Origin: Acutalibacteraceae bacterium
GTDB taxonomy: Bacteria; Bacillota; Clostridia; Oscillospirales; Acutalibacteraceae
Reading direction: 5' to 3'
Assembly: GCA_045591945.1 (NCBI GenBank)
Contig: JAZNTU010000046.1
Coordinates: forward strand, 9,826 to 73,825
Length of the DNA: 64,000 nucleotides
Part shown: positions 47,087-56,610 of the stretch, one piece after another
Numbering within the stretch: the stretch's first letter is position 1
Layout of the letters: every line of letters begins with the position of its first letter
Program-made: the position numbers and the translations under genes
Notes under the pieces: generated by a model
What the model was told of the DNA's origin: nothing
What the model saw: only the letters and a program-made list of their open reading frames with translations
The model's database searches: none

Positions 47087-48839
47087 GCCTTGCACCTCCT
47101 TTTGTTTCCTGAACGGTTATAGGAATATCCTCAGGTGTAAGCTCAGGCTTAAAATTAGCAAAGGTTCTTGTATCTACGCTTTTAATATATGCAAGCAAGC
47201 AGAAGCAACAAATTATACTTGAGCCACCCTTACTTATAAACGGAAGTGTAACACCTGTTAAAGGAAGCAAATCAGTAATACCGAAAATACTGAGCATAGT
47301 TTGGAAAAGTATCATTGCTATTGCCCCTGTACCTGCAAGGGTATAAAAGGTTGATTTTGCCTTTTTGCCGTTAACTATTACCCAAATCGCTAAAATGCAA
47401 TAGGTTATTGGAATAAAGAAGCTTACAATAAGTCCAAACTCCTCCGAAACAACACCAAAAACCAAGTCCTCAGCTGCAGCAAAAATATTGCGAAGCTCAC
47501 CGTTACCAAGACCTAATCCAAAAAGTCCACCACTTGCAGAATAAATAAGGGTACGGGTTTGCTGATAGCCACCCTCATCCATAAATTCCCAAGCGTGTAA
47601 ATAGGTGGAAAATCTTGATGCAACGTACGGCTTAAGTATTAATATAAGCACTGCACCTGCTGCAGCAACACCACAGACGATGGAAAGCGTTTTAACGTCA
47701 CCTGAGCGCATAAAGGCAATTACAATAAAGGTGAAAAAGAATATAAGCGCTGTACCAAAATCGAACATCAAAAACAGCTCGCCTACACAAATGGCAGAAA
47801 AAACAATGTACAACGACAAATTCTTAATAGATTGCAGCTTGTCCAACGTTACTGCGCCGACAAAAACAAAGGCTACCTTAACAAGCTCGGAGGGTTGAAT
47901 TGATATACCACCTAAGCTAAGCCAGTTCCTTGCCCCATTTGTTGGCTCGGCAATTACAAGGGTCACTGCTAAAATAGCAACTGCGCTTGCCGCCAAAATC
48001 CAGCGCAAATACTTTAGTACCTCAACAAAACGAAGCACCATAAGCAGCATACAATACCCTGCCACGCCTAAAACAACTGCAAAAAGCTGTTTAACAACTG
48101 CTTGGGGGTACATACTTCCCACTATCCCTAAGCCTATGGAACAAAATGTGAAGGCTATTATTTCAAGCTCATAATTTTGAACTCTTAAAATATACGATGC
48201 AAACAAATAATAGCACCATTGTAGAGCAATATAACCTAAATAAACCACTACGGTCATCTCGCTGAAAACGCCGTTGGGGTAAAGGTTTAAAAGCATTATA
48301 ATCAAATTCAAGGCTGTAAGCAGTCCGAGAATCAGCTTATATGACGGTGAGCCTAACACTCCACTTTTATCTTTTATAAATTTATATCTGCCTTCGCTAA
48401 GGCGATACTGCACACCACCAATATTCAGCTCATCGCCACTGTGAATGTACGCCCATTTTTCTATTTTCTTTCCGTTAAGCTTAATACCTGATTTTGAAAA
48501 CGTATCGAAAATAATAAAGCCTCTACTACGGTACGCAATAACTGCGTGCAGACGTGAAATCGTGTCAAAGGGTAAAACAATATCGCAGCTTTTATTTCTG
48601 CCTATAGAAGTTTCGCGCTCACGTAAGGATATAGCCTCACCGGTAACAGCGTTAATCAGCTTACCACGAATAGGGTCCGAGGTCTTTTTAAAGAAAAGGC
48701 TCAAAAGCATTCTGATAACAATAAAAAGCACAATACCTAAAACAGCATACCTCATAGCAGGCGCTATTGCAGTAATAAAACCGAGCACGATAATCCCCCT
48801 TTCACTGACAACATATTTATTCATTTTCAATAATACCAT
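47070..48839 (-). CDS. FHA-domain::FtsW/RodA/SpoVE (SEDS) fusion protein
   Basis: 589 aa. Two N-terminal TMs are followed by an FHA signature (TSIGRNKSCDIVL..ISRLHAVI..FDTFSKSGIKLNG). The C-terminal portion of about 430 aa is a polytopic SEDS body. The gene overlaps the PBP gene. Confidence 0.85.
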   Translation of the reverse strand: MVLLKMNKYVVSERGIIVLGFITAIAPAMRYAVLGIVLFIVIRMLLSLFFKKTSDPIRGKLINAVTGEAISLRERETSIGRNKSCDIVLPFDTISRLHAVIAYRSRGFIIFDTFSKSGIKLNGKKIEKWAYIHSGDELNIGGVQYRLSEGRYKFIKDKSGVLGSPSYKLILGLLTALNLIIMLLNLYPNGVFSEMTVVVYLGYIALQWCYYLFASYILRVQNYELEIIAFTFCSIGLGIVGSMYPQAVVKQLFAVVLGVAGYCMLLMVLRFVEVLKYLRWILAASAVAILAVTLVIAEPTNGARNWLSLGGISIQPSELVKVAFVFVGAVTLDKLQSIKNLSLYIVFSAICVGELFLMFDFGTALIFFFTFIVIAFMRSGDVKTLSIVCGVAAAGAVLILILKPYVASRFSTYLHAWEFMDEGGYQQTRTLIYSASGGLFGLGLGNGELRNIFAAAEDLVFGVVSEEFGLIVSFFIPITYCILAIWVIVNGKKAKSTFYTLAGTGAIAMILFQTMLSIFGITDLLPLTGVTLPFISKGGSSIICCFCLLAYIKSVDTRTFANFKPELTPEDIPITVQETKGGARRENNS

Positions 48840-48931
48840 AACTGCAAGAAATAATCAATTATCAGCCCACTATATTTTGTTACTAAAGTGATAATAAAAT
48901 GTAAACTTATTCTTATATTGTCTTTGTTTTC

Positions 48932-48960
48932 TTGACTTGCAGGGTGCTTTAGGGTATTAT
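48932..48960 (+). promoter_or_regulatory. promoter candidate for galM
   Basis: TTGACT (48932-48937), a 17-nt spacer, then TATTAT (48955-48960). Confidence 0.5.
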
Positions 48961-48987
48961 TAAAGTAGATAATTTTGGGGGTATTTT

Positions 48988-50037
48988 ATGGGTATTGAAA
49001 AGAATATTTACGGTGTAATGAACGGCGAAAGCGTTTTCGCATTTGTTATAACAAACAGCAATAATTATAAGGCACAAATAATCGAAAAGGGGGCCACTCT
49101 CGACAAGCTTTGGGTAGAGGATAAAAACGGCGCTTTTATTGATATACTTGTTGGCCACGATACACTCGACGGGCACATAAACCGTAGCGATTACCAGGGT
49201 GTTATTGTAGGCCAATATGCAAACCGAATCGGTGGTGGCGCCTTTACAATAGACGGCATTGAATACAACGTTACAAAAAACGAAAAAGATATCACCTGCC
49301 TTCACGGTGGTGGAGAATACAGCTCTGCACATTGGGTAGGTAATCCCACAAGCGAAAATTCCGTTGAGTTTACGTATATAAGCCCTGACGGCTGCGAGGG
49401 CTTCCCGGGTAAGGTCGAGGTACGTGTTGTATATACCCTTGATAACAGCAACGCTCTTACAATCGATTACTACGCTGTTTCCGATAAAAAAACTGTTATA
49501 AACCTTACAAACCACGCCTATTTTAACCTTAACGGCTACAATAGTGGTGACGTGCTAAAGCATTCCCTTTACATTAATGCTGACAGATTTACCGCAATTG
49601 ATGAAAACAGCATACCCACAGGTGAGCTTATACCTGTTAAGGGTACACCCTTTGACTTTACAACAGAAAAGCTTATAGGCAGAGATATTGATGCTGACTA
49701 TGAGCAAATAAAAAACGGTATGGGCTACGACCACAACTTCTGCATTGCAGACTATGACGGCTCGCTTAAAACAATCGCTGTTGCAAAGGGCAACTTAAGT
49801 GGCATTACAATGGAGGTTAAATCAACAGCGCCCGGCGTACAGCTTTACACAGGCAATTTTCTTGATGGCTCTGTAATCGGCAAAGGAGGCCTGCCTATAA
49901 CAAAGCGCTCTGCCTTCTGCCTTGAAACACAGGTTTACCCTGATTCTCCAAACCATCCTGAATGGCCAAGCTGTATTTACGATGCAGGTGAAGAATACAG
50001 GTCAACAACGATTTTTTCGTTTGCTGTTAATAAATAA
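48988..50037 (+). CDS. galM: aldose 1-epimerase (galactose mutarotase)
   Basis: 349 aa. It has GRYANRI-like sequence (VGQYANRIGGG), HGG, LTNHAYFNL, and the YDHNF and CLETQ motifs. Confidence 0.93.
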   Translation: MGIEKNIYGVMNGESVFAFVITNSNNYKAQIIEKGATLDKLWVEDKNGAFIDILVGHDTLDGHINRSDYQGVIVGQYANRIGGGAFTIDGIEYNVTKNEKDITCLHGGGEYSSAHWVGNPTSENSVEFTYISPDGCEGFPGKVEVRVVYTLDNSNALTIDYYAVSDKKTVINLTNHAYFNLNGYNSGDVLKHSLYINADRFTAIDENSIPTGELIPVKGTPFDFTTEKLIGRDIDADYEQIKNGMGYDHNFCIADYDGSLKTIAVAKGNLSGITMEVKSTAPGVQLYTGNFLDGSVIGKGGLPITKRSAFCLETQVYPDSPNHPEWPSCIYDAGEEYRSTTIFSFAVNK

Positions 50038-50133
50038 TTAATATATTATCCAATTGACTGTATGAATTAATTTTGATATAATAAGTAAGATTGCATTACT
50101 CAAACACAAAATCCAATGAAAGGAGACGAATTT

Positions 50134-51975
50134 ATGCGAAAAGCAACAAAAATTTCAGTTATAATTCTTGTAGTGATACTTTTTGTTACTACGCTGATTC
50201 CGTCTGCCTCAGCAAAGGATTTTGCTCCAAAGTTTGATAAAAATATCGGTGTAAACACTCAATATGCATATAGCGAAAACAACCTTGCTTGGTTGCGTCA
50301 GCTTACTGTAAAGGAGGATATGCTCTCTGTTGAAGGTATTATGACAGAGGCTGTTTTACACCCTGTAACTGCCTACCCCTACACCTCTGATGCACCTCAC
50401 TTCAAAGCACAGGTTGAGGAATACACAAAAATTTATAGCCTTGATAAGGATGCACAAAGAGCAGCTTATTTATACCTTTTAGACCAAATAGGCGCTTTAA
50501 CTATAATTTCAGAGCCTACAGTTTCAAACCAAACAAAGGCTGACTGGCTCCGTGAGAAGGGCGTTATTATTACCCCGGAGGACGAGGCAGATGCTGAAAG
50601 GGTGCTTATGATAAGCGCCTTGTACGCTATGATGAGAAACGACTTTTGCTACGTTATTACAGGCGAGCATCTTGAGATTCCACAGGGTACCCCTATGGAA
50701 GAGGCATTAATAATGCACATTGTAGCTCTATCAGGTAACGAAAACTCACTTACAGCGTTCATGATAAGATTTTTCGGCAAAACCGAAATCGGTAGCCTTG
50801 AGGATTATATTTACTACACCTCCTTGATGGCGCTGTATGTAAACGGCTATGTTTCGGTTAAGGATATACCAAACCTTAGCAGAGATGAAATTTTTAAGCG
50901 TGTTGCCATTATGACAATCAGAGGCTATGGTATCTCCATAGATTCTGAAAACGCCACACACGACGAAATTGCTGACAAATACCTTACAGCTATGTTAGGT
51001 GAGCAATACGAGGTTTCACTTGACCCCGAAGCATTAATTCGTTCACGCAAAGCACCCGGAGTGCCATATTACATTTTGCAACGTATGGCATACGAGGATG
51101 CAAACGTTACTATATCACACAAAAAATATGACTACGAAGAGTGCTTTGATATTGTTTTAAGAAAAACAGACAGATTTGACTTAGAGAAAGAATTTTATTC
51201 CGATATTTACGAATACGACGTTTTCCTTGAAGCAAAAAGAGAGAACCTTTCAATTAATCCTAACCCTCTCACACAAGGCACTGTAGTATACATAAATGGT
51301 CAGGTTGTACAGGCAGGTAAATACGCAATTGTACAGCTTACCGATGCAGCAAAGCAAACAATAAATATTGTTACAGAGTATAAAGCAAATGGTGTTACTG
51401 AAAAATCTGCGTATAACATTGTTGTTCACCAGGGACAAAAGGCACCGGAGGATAGTAATATTACAGGCATTGTTCCTACGTACGGACCATCACAAGAAAA
51501 ACCAACTGTAGGTCCCAGCACACCACCCTCATTACCCCCTGCCTCACCACTTATTTCAAACGTAAATAATGCTGCTATGGGGATTTTAGGCAACGTGCTT
51601 TCCGTAAACGATAAGGGCCAGCTTGTTGACCAAAACGGCAACGTAATAAGTCAAGGTAACTATGAGCAGCTGCCTGAAAACTACAAGTACGTTGTAAACG
51701 ATGACGGTATTATCTCTGTTGTGCTTGTTTCAGACCCTACACAAGCAAACACCTCCTCCTCTAACGGTTCAGGGATATCGAACGAGGACACACGAAAGCT
51801 TGTTATAATTGTTGCCTCGGCACTTTGCGCTCTGCTTATAATTGCACTTATTGTGATTGCGGTTGTATCAAAGAGAACTAAAAACGATGCTGCCAAGGTC
51901 CGTGCCCGCAGGCAAAAGGAACTTAAGAAAAAAGCGAAAGCTCAAGCCAAAGCCGACAAAAAAAGCAAAAAGTAA
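50134..51975 (+). CDS. hypothetical surface protein: signal peptide, large ectodomain, Pro-rich linker, C-terminal TM anchor and Lys-rich tail
   Basis: The ATG at 50134 follows AAAGGAG. The signal peptide is ...TLIPSASA|KD. The C-terminus reads LVIIVASALCALLIIALIVIAVV-SKRTKNDAAKVRARRQKELKKKAKAQAKADKKSKK. Confidence 0.7.
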   Translation: MRKATKISVIILVVILFVTTLIPSASAKDFAPKFDKNIGVNTQYAYSENNLAWLRQLTVKEDMLSVEGIMTEAVLHPVTAYPYTSDAPHFKAQVEEYTKIYSLDKDAQRAAYLYLLDQIGALTIISEPTVSNQTKADWLREKGVIITPEDEADAERVLMISALYAMMRNDFCYVITGEHLEIPQGTPMEEALIMHIVALSGNENSLTAFMIRFFGKTEIGSLEDYIYYTSLMALYVNGYVSVKDIPNLSRDEIFKRVAIMTIRGYGISIDSENATHDEIADKYLTAMLGEQYEVSLDPEALIRSRKAPGVPYYILQRMAYEDANVTISHKKYDYEECFDIVLRKTDRFDLEKEFYSDIYEYDVFLEAKRENLSINPNPLTQGTVVYINGQVVQAGKYAIVQLTDAAKQTINIVTEYKANGVTEKSAYNIVVHQGQKAPEDSNITGIVPTYGPSQEKPTVGPSTPPSLPPASPLISNVNNAAMGILGNVLSVNDKGQLVDQNGNVISQGNYEQLPENYKYVVNDDGIISVVLVSDPTQANTSSSNGSGISNEDTRKLVIIVASALCALLIIALIVIAVVSKRTKNDAAKVRARRQKELKKKAKAQAKADKKSKK

Positions 51976-51980
51976 TATTT

Positions 51981-52019
51981 AAACGGCAGCAGGCAAGTTT
52001 TGAACGCTGCCGTTTTTTG
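51981..52019 (+). terminator. intrinsic terminator
   Basis: AAACGGCAGC (51981-51990) / GCTGCCGTTT (52006-52015), followed by TTT. Confidence 0.7.
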
Positions 52020-52136
52020 TACCATAATTCGCTATTATTATTTTTAATTTAAAATTCTGTTCATATATTTTTTAAAAATTAAGTATATAATTACCTATAG
52101 ATACACAAAATTGTTGATAAATACAGGAGGTCTAAT

Positions 52137-52829
52137 ATGGCAAATCAAAAAATCCTTATAGTTGATGATGACGCAAATATTTGCGAGCTGTTAAGACTTT
52201 ATCTCGAAAAAGATGGATTTGATACTGAGTTTGTTACAGATGGATATAAAGCTCTTGATACATTCAAAGCAGTTAATCCTGACCTTGTGCTACTCGATAT
52301 TATGTTGCCCGGTATGGATGGTTGGCAAATTTGCAGAGAAATAAGAAAAACCTCGCAGATTCCGATTATTATGCTCACAGCCAAAAGCGAAACCTTTGAT
52401 AAGGTTTTGGGCCTTGAGCTTGGTGCAGACGACTACATTACAAAACCATTTGAAACTAAAGAGGTTGTGGCAAGAATTAAGGCTGTGCTTCGTCGTTCCG
52501 CCCCACAAAACAGCAATACAGAGGACGTTAAGGAAATCAGCTACGATAAGCTTACAATCAACCTTAACAACTACGAATTAACAGTAAACGGTGTTGTTGT
52601 TCCTACTCCCCCGAAGGAGCTTGAGCTTATTTTCCACCTTGCAAGTAACCCTAACAGAGTTTTCACAAGGGACCAGCTGCTTGACGAGGTATGGGGCTTT
52701 GAGTGCTACGTAGATTCACGTACTGTTGACGTACACATTAAGCGCTTACGTGAAAAGCTTGAGGGCGTATCCGACAAATGGGAAATTGAAACAGTTTGGA
52801 GCAAGGGCTACAAATTTAAAACAAAATAA
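52137..52829 (+). CDS. OmpR/PhoB-family response regulator (WalR/YycF-like)
   Basis: 230 aa. The receiver has ILIVDDD...LLDIMLPGMDG, and a winged-helix C-terminus is present. An AGGAGG RBS precedes it. Confidence 0.93.
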   Translation: MANQKILIVDDDANICELLRLYLEKDGFDTEFVTDGYKALDTFKAVNPDLVLLDIMLPGMDGWQICREIRKTSQIPIIMLTAKSETFDKVLGLELGADDYITKPFETKEVVARIKAVLRRSAPQNSNTEDVKEISYDKLTINLNNYELTVNGVVVPTPPKELELIFHLASNPNRVFTRDQLLDEVWGFECYVDSRTVDVHIKRLREKLEGVSDKWEIETVWSKGYKFKTK

Positions 52830-52844
52830 GCTACCGGTGATTTT

Positions 52845-54338
52845 ATGAAGTTTGCTAAACATAAAAAAGGTGCGTTGTTTTTTAAGTATTTCTTCATATT
52901 TTCGGCAATTATTCTTGTAAGCTTTTTAGTTATCGGTATTTCTATGATGCTGTTTGTTACTAACTACATGTCATCAGAGGTGCTTAACGAAACAAAAAGC
53001 AACGCCCATGAGCTTGCTGTTACAACAACAGAGCTTTTTAATTCAAGCACAGTAAAAAACAACAGAGAAGCCGCCGTTTTGCTTTTGTGCCAAAACGTTG
53101 ACCTGATGGCATCCACAACAGGCAACGACGTTTATATTTGCGATGCAAAGGGACAAATAGAAATTTGCCCCGAAACCATAGACGGCTACAATCTGGAATT
53201 TAACAACCATTGCGAGATTCATTCAAAAATACAAATCCCCTCACCTTACGTACAAAAGGTAAAGGGAGGAAAGCTTTCAGAGTTCTCTACGTTAGGCACA
53301 TCGTACAGCACATATCACTCCATATCTATGGAGCCTATATACGTAAACAACTCATTTTTGGGCTTTTGCGTGGTTGCTTCACCTGTTACCGGTGAATTTT
53401 TATCGGCTATTAGGCAGATTTTATTTGTTTTCCTCATTTCTGCAGCAATTGCGCTTGTGCTTGTGAGTATCGCCGTATACGTAGTTACCGAAAAAATAAC
53501 TAAGCCTATTAAAAATTTGGAAACTGCAACCAGCTGCTATGCTACAGGGGATTTTTCGTACCGTGTTCCCGAAATTAATTCAAACGATGAGCTCGCCTTG
53601 CTTATTACAAAATTCAATGCAATGGCAACCTCGTTGGCTCAGCTTGAAAACTCAAGACGTAGCTTTGTTGCTAACGTTTCGCACGAGTTTAAAACACCAA
53701 TGACAACTATTGGTGGATTTATAAACGGTATTCTTGACGGTACAATTCCTCCTGAAAGGCAAGAGCACTATTTAAATATTGTTTCATCGGAAATCGAAAG
53801 ACTTTCCCGTATGGTTAATATGATGCTCAACATATCTAAAATTGAAACAGGAAACGTCGAGCTTACTATGGAAGCAATTGATGTTGCTGACAAAATAATC
53901 ACTACATTTTTAGGCTTTGAGCAGCTTATTTCAAATAAAAACATACAGGTTGTAGGGCTTGATGACCTGCCACCTATTAAAACCAAGGCCGACAGTGCAA
54001 TGATTGACCAGGTTATATACAATTTAGTTGATAATGCAGTGAAATTCACAAACGAAAACGGTACAATTACAGTAAACTCTACCGAAGATAAAAAATACGT
54101 ATATTTTGCTATCACAAACACAGGCAAAGGCATCCCCAAAAAGGATTTAGATAACGTATTTGACAGATTCTTCAAGGTTGATGAGTCAAGAAGCACAGAT
54201 ACAAAAAGCACAGGCTTAGGCTTATTCCTTGTTAAAAGTATTATAAATCTACACAAGGGCTCTATTACTGTTGAAAGCGAAACAGATAATTTCACACGCT
54301 TCACAGTAAAGCTACCTAAGCCTGATAAAAACAAATAA
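52845..54338 (+). CDS. sensor histidine kinase (2 TM, extracytoplasmic domain, HAMP, HisKA, HATPase_c)
   Basis: 497 aa with the H-box SHEFKTPMTTI, the N-box DNAVKFT and the G-box GLGLFLVK. Confidence 0.9.
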   Translation: MKFAKHKKGALFFKYFFIFSAIILVSFLVIGISMMLFVTNYMSSEVLNETKSNAHELAVTTTELFNSSTVKNNREAAVLLLCQNVDLMASTTGNDVYICDAKGQIEICPETIDGYNLEFNNHCEIHSKIQIPSPYVQKVKGGKLSEFSTLGTSYSTYHSISMEPIYVNNSFLGFCVVASPVTGEFLSAIRQILFVFLISAAIALVLVSIAVYVVTEKITKPIKNLETATSCYATGDFSYRVPEINSNDELALLITKFNAMATSLAQLENSRRSFVANVSHEFKTPMTTIGGFINGILDGTIPPERQEHYLNIVSSEIERLSRMVNMMLNISKIETGNVELTMEAIDVADKIITTFLGFEQLISNKNIQVVGLDDLPPIKTKADSAMIDQVIYNLVDNAVKFTNENGTITVNSTEDKKYVYFAITNTGKGIPKKDLDNVFDRFFKVDESRSTDTKSTGLGLFLVKSIINLHKGSITVESETDNFTRFTVKLPKPDKNK

Positions 54339-54379
54339 TATTAATATCCTTTGCGTAGCAAAGGCTTGGAGGAAATTTT

Positions 54380-55831
54380 ATGGACGATATGTTCAACACA
54401 CCACAGGGCAATACACCCGAACAAAATCCAACAAACACACCACCTACACAGCCTACACCTCCACCGCAAACGCCATACGGCACAACAGGTCAGGCTCCAT
54501 ACGGCACCCCACAGTATACTCCACAGTACACACCTGCATACGGTAACCCACCACAGCCTCAAAGCGTGCAGTATACACAGGGACAACCTAAAAAGAAAAA
54601 AGTAGGGCTTGGCAAAGTTATTTTTATCGCACTTATATGTATAAGCATTGTTTTAAGCACAATTGCAATTACCTCATCCTTAAACGAAAAGGATATATCT
54701 AATAACGGTGGTAATGATTCTTCATTTATCTCTGACGGTACAGGTGCTGAGCCAAACAAAGAGGATTCACCGGTATCCTTCAAGGAATATTCAGGCAAGG
54801 GTGCTATGACACCTGAGCAGGTATACGCTTCTGTTAAGGAGACCAACGTTGGCGTTATTGTATATGCGCAAAACAAAATGGCAGGCGAAGGCTCAGGTAT
54901 AATTGTAGGTGAAAAGGATAAATACACCTACATCCTCACAGCGGCACACGTTATTGCAGACAAAAACATTAAAATCCAAGTACAGTTTAGCGACGAAACT
55001 GAAACCGACGCAACAATAATCGGCTATGATGCTAAAACAGATATAGGTGTTATAAGAGTAGAAAAAACAGGTCTTAAGGCTGCAACCTTTGGTAATTCCG
55101 ATAATCTTTCCGTAGGCCAAACAGTTTACGCTATTGGTAACCCAGGTGGAACAGAGTTTTTTGGCTCGTTTACAAGTGGTATAATAAGCGCTATTGACAG
55201 ACCTGTTCCAACCTCAAACAGCTCTTACGATTTACCTTGTATACAGCACAATGCGGCTATTAACCCCGGTAACTCAGGTGGTGCCCTTGTAAATGAATAC
55301 GGCCAGGTTATTGGCCTTAACTCATCTAAAATTTCAAGCACAGAGTATGAGGGTATGGGCTTTGCCGTACCAAGCACAACTCTTTTGAATGTTTATGATG
55401 AAATCATCAAAAACGGTTACGTTTCCAACAGACCTATGCTGGGCATAAGCTACTTCCCTGTTTCAGAGGATTATAACTACGCAAACATTGCTTGGAGAAA
55501 CAACCTTCCATACGGCTCTATTGCAATTGCACATATTTCTGAAAGCAGTGACCTTAACAACCACGGAATTATGGTTGGTGATATTATTACTGCTGTAAAT
55601 GGTAAAAAGCTTGATACAACAGATGTTCTACTTGAGCAAATCGAAAAAGCTAAGGTTGGTGACCAGCTTACTTTAACAGTTTGCAGACTCAGCAACAGTG
55701 GTAATATTAGCAAAACCTTCACTGCAAAGGTTAAGCTTGTTGAGGATAAGGGCGACAACATTATTCCACAGGAGGAGCCCACAACAGAGGCCATGGACCC
55801 ATTCAGCTACTTTGAAGGCTTTGGCTATTAA
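54380..55831 (+). CDS. htrA: HtrA/DegP-family serine protease with PDZ domain and a Pro/Gln/Thr-rich cytoplasmic N-tail
   Basis: 483 aa. A GGAGG RBS precedes it. It has a TM, the catalytic TAAHV, D and GNSGGAL motifs, and a C-terminal PDZ domain. Confidence 0.9.
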   Translation: MDDMFNTPQGNTPEQNPTNTPPTQPTPPPQTPYGTTGQAPYGTPQYTPQYTPAYGNPPQPQSVQYTQGQPKKKKVGLGKVIFIALICISIVLSTIAITSSLNEKDISNNGGNDSSFISDGTGAEPNKEDSPVSFKEYSGKGAMTPEQVYASVKETNVGVIVYAQNKMAGEGSGIIVGEKDKYTYILTAAHVIADKNIKIQVQFSDETETDATIIGYDAKTDIGVIRVEKTGLKAATFGNSDNLSVGQTVYAIGNPGGTEFFGSFTSGIISAIDRPVPTSNSSYDLPCIQHNAAINPGNSGGALVNEYGQVIGLNSSKISSTEYEGMGFAVPSTTLLNVYDEIIKNGYVSNRPMLGISYFPVSEDYNYANIAWRNNLPYGSIAIAHISESSDLNNHGIMVGDIITAVNGKKLDTTDVLLEQIEKAKVGDQLTLTVCRLSNSGNISKTFTAKVKLVEDKGDNIIPQEEPTTEAMDPFSYFEGFGY

Positions 55832-55849
55832 TCAGCAAAAAAAATAGTA

Positions 55850-55885
55850 AAAAAGCTGTGTAGAAAATTCTACACAGCTTTTTGT
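55850..55885. terminator. bidirectional terminator between htrA and ttcA
   Basis: AAAAAGCTGTGTAGAA / TTCTACACAGCTTTTT inverted repeat. Confidence 0.75.
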
Positions 55886-55890
55886 ATTTC

Positions 55891-56610
55891 TTATTCTTTT
55901 TCCCAACGGTCGATATTGCCTCTTTGCATTGCGCCTATTATTCTTTCGGGCACGTCGCCATAGGTAGCAGAAAGCGTTTCTAAAAGCTTTTTTATATCCT
56001 CTCGCTTTGTTAATCCGTTTGCAGGACATTTACTTTCTACAACGGGCAATTGCAGCCTCTGCGTGGCTGCTACAGCCTCTCTTTCACGAATATATATCAA
56101 GGGGCGTATCATGGTGATATCCTTCCTCGAAAGGTACGTAACAGGCGCAAAACAGCCTATTCTGCTTTCTAATAAAAGATTCATCATAAAGGTTTCGGCT
56201 GCATCATCCAAATGGTGACCTAAGGCGATTTTATTGCAACCGGCCTCTTTAGCCGTATCGTGGAGTATGCCACGTCTCATCCTGGCACACAATGCGCAAG
56301 GATTTTCCTCTTTACGCACCTCAAAAATAATTTCATACAAATCTGAAGGCTTTACAATATACTCAACACCGTATTCTCGGCACATTTCAGCAATAGCGGA
56401 AAAGTCGCCTGCTTGCTTATTAAAGCGCATATCTACGGTAATTGCCACAAGCTCAAACTCGTTTGAATAAAACCTTTTAAGCTCGCAAAGAGCCTTAAGC
56501 AGCAGCAAGGAATCTTTACCACCTGATACACCAACTGCGATTTTATCCCCTGCTGAAATCATTTTGTAATCATCTACAGCAGCTCTTACTCTGCTAACTA
56601 TTCTTCTCAT
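55891..56610 (-). CDS. ttcA: PP-loop ATPase, tRNA 2-thiocytidine biosynthesis TtcA-like
   Basis: 239 aa. The PP-loop VGVSGGKDS, the CALC motif and GHHLDD are present. Confidence 0.8.
   Translation of the reverse strand: MRRIVSRVRAAVDDYKMISAGDKIAVGVSGGKDSLLLLKALCELKRFYSNEFELVAITVDMRFNKQAGDFSAIAEMCREYGVEYIVKPSDLYEIIFEVRKEENPCALCARMRRGILHDTAKEAGCNKIALGHHLDDAAETFMMNLLLESRIGCFAPVTYLSRKDITMIRPLIYIREREAVAATQRLQLPVVESKCPANGLTKREDIKKLLETLSATYGDVPERIIGAMQRGNIDRWEKE

Noticed and set aside
54341-54605. Two overlapping ORFs (54341..54586 minus, 54351..54605 plus) rich in His, Cys, Trp and Arg.
   Set aside because: They are alternative-frame readings of the Pro/Gln/Thr-rich low-complexity N-terminus of htrA. 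The htrA frame has a GGAGG RBS and continues into a full protease.
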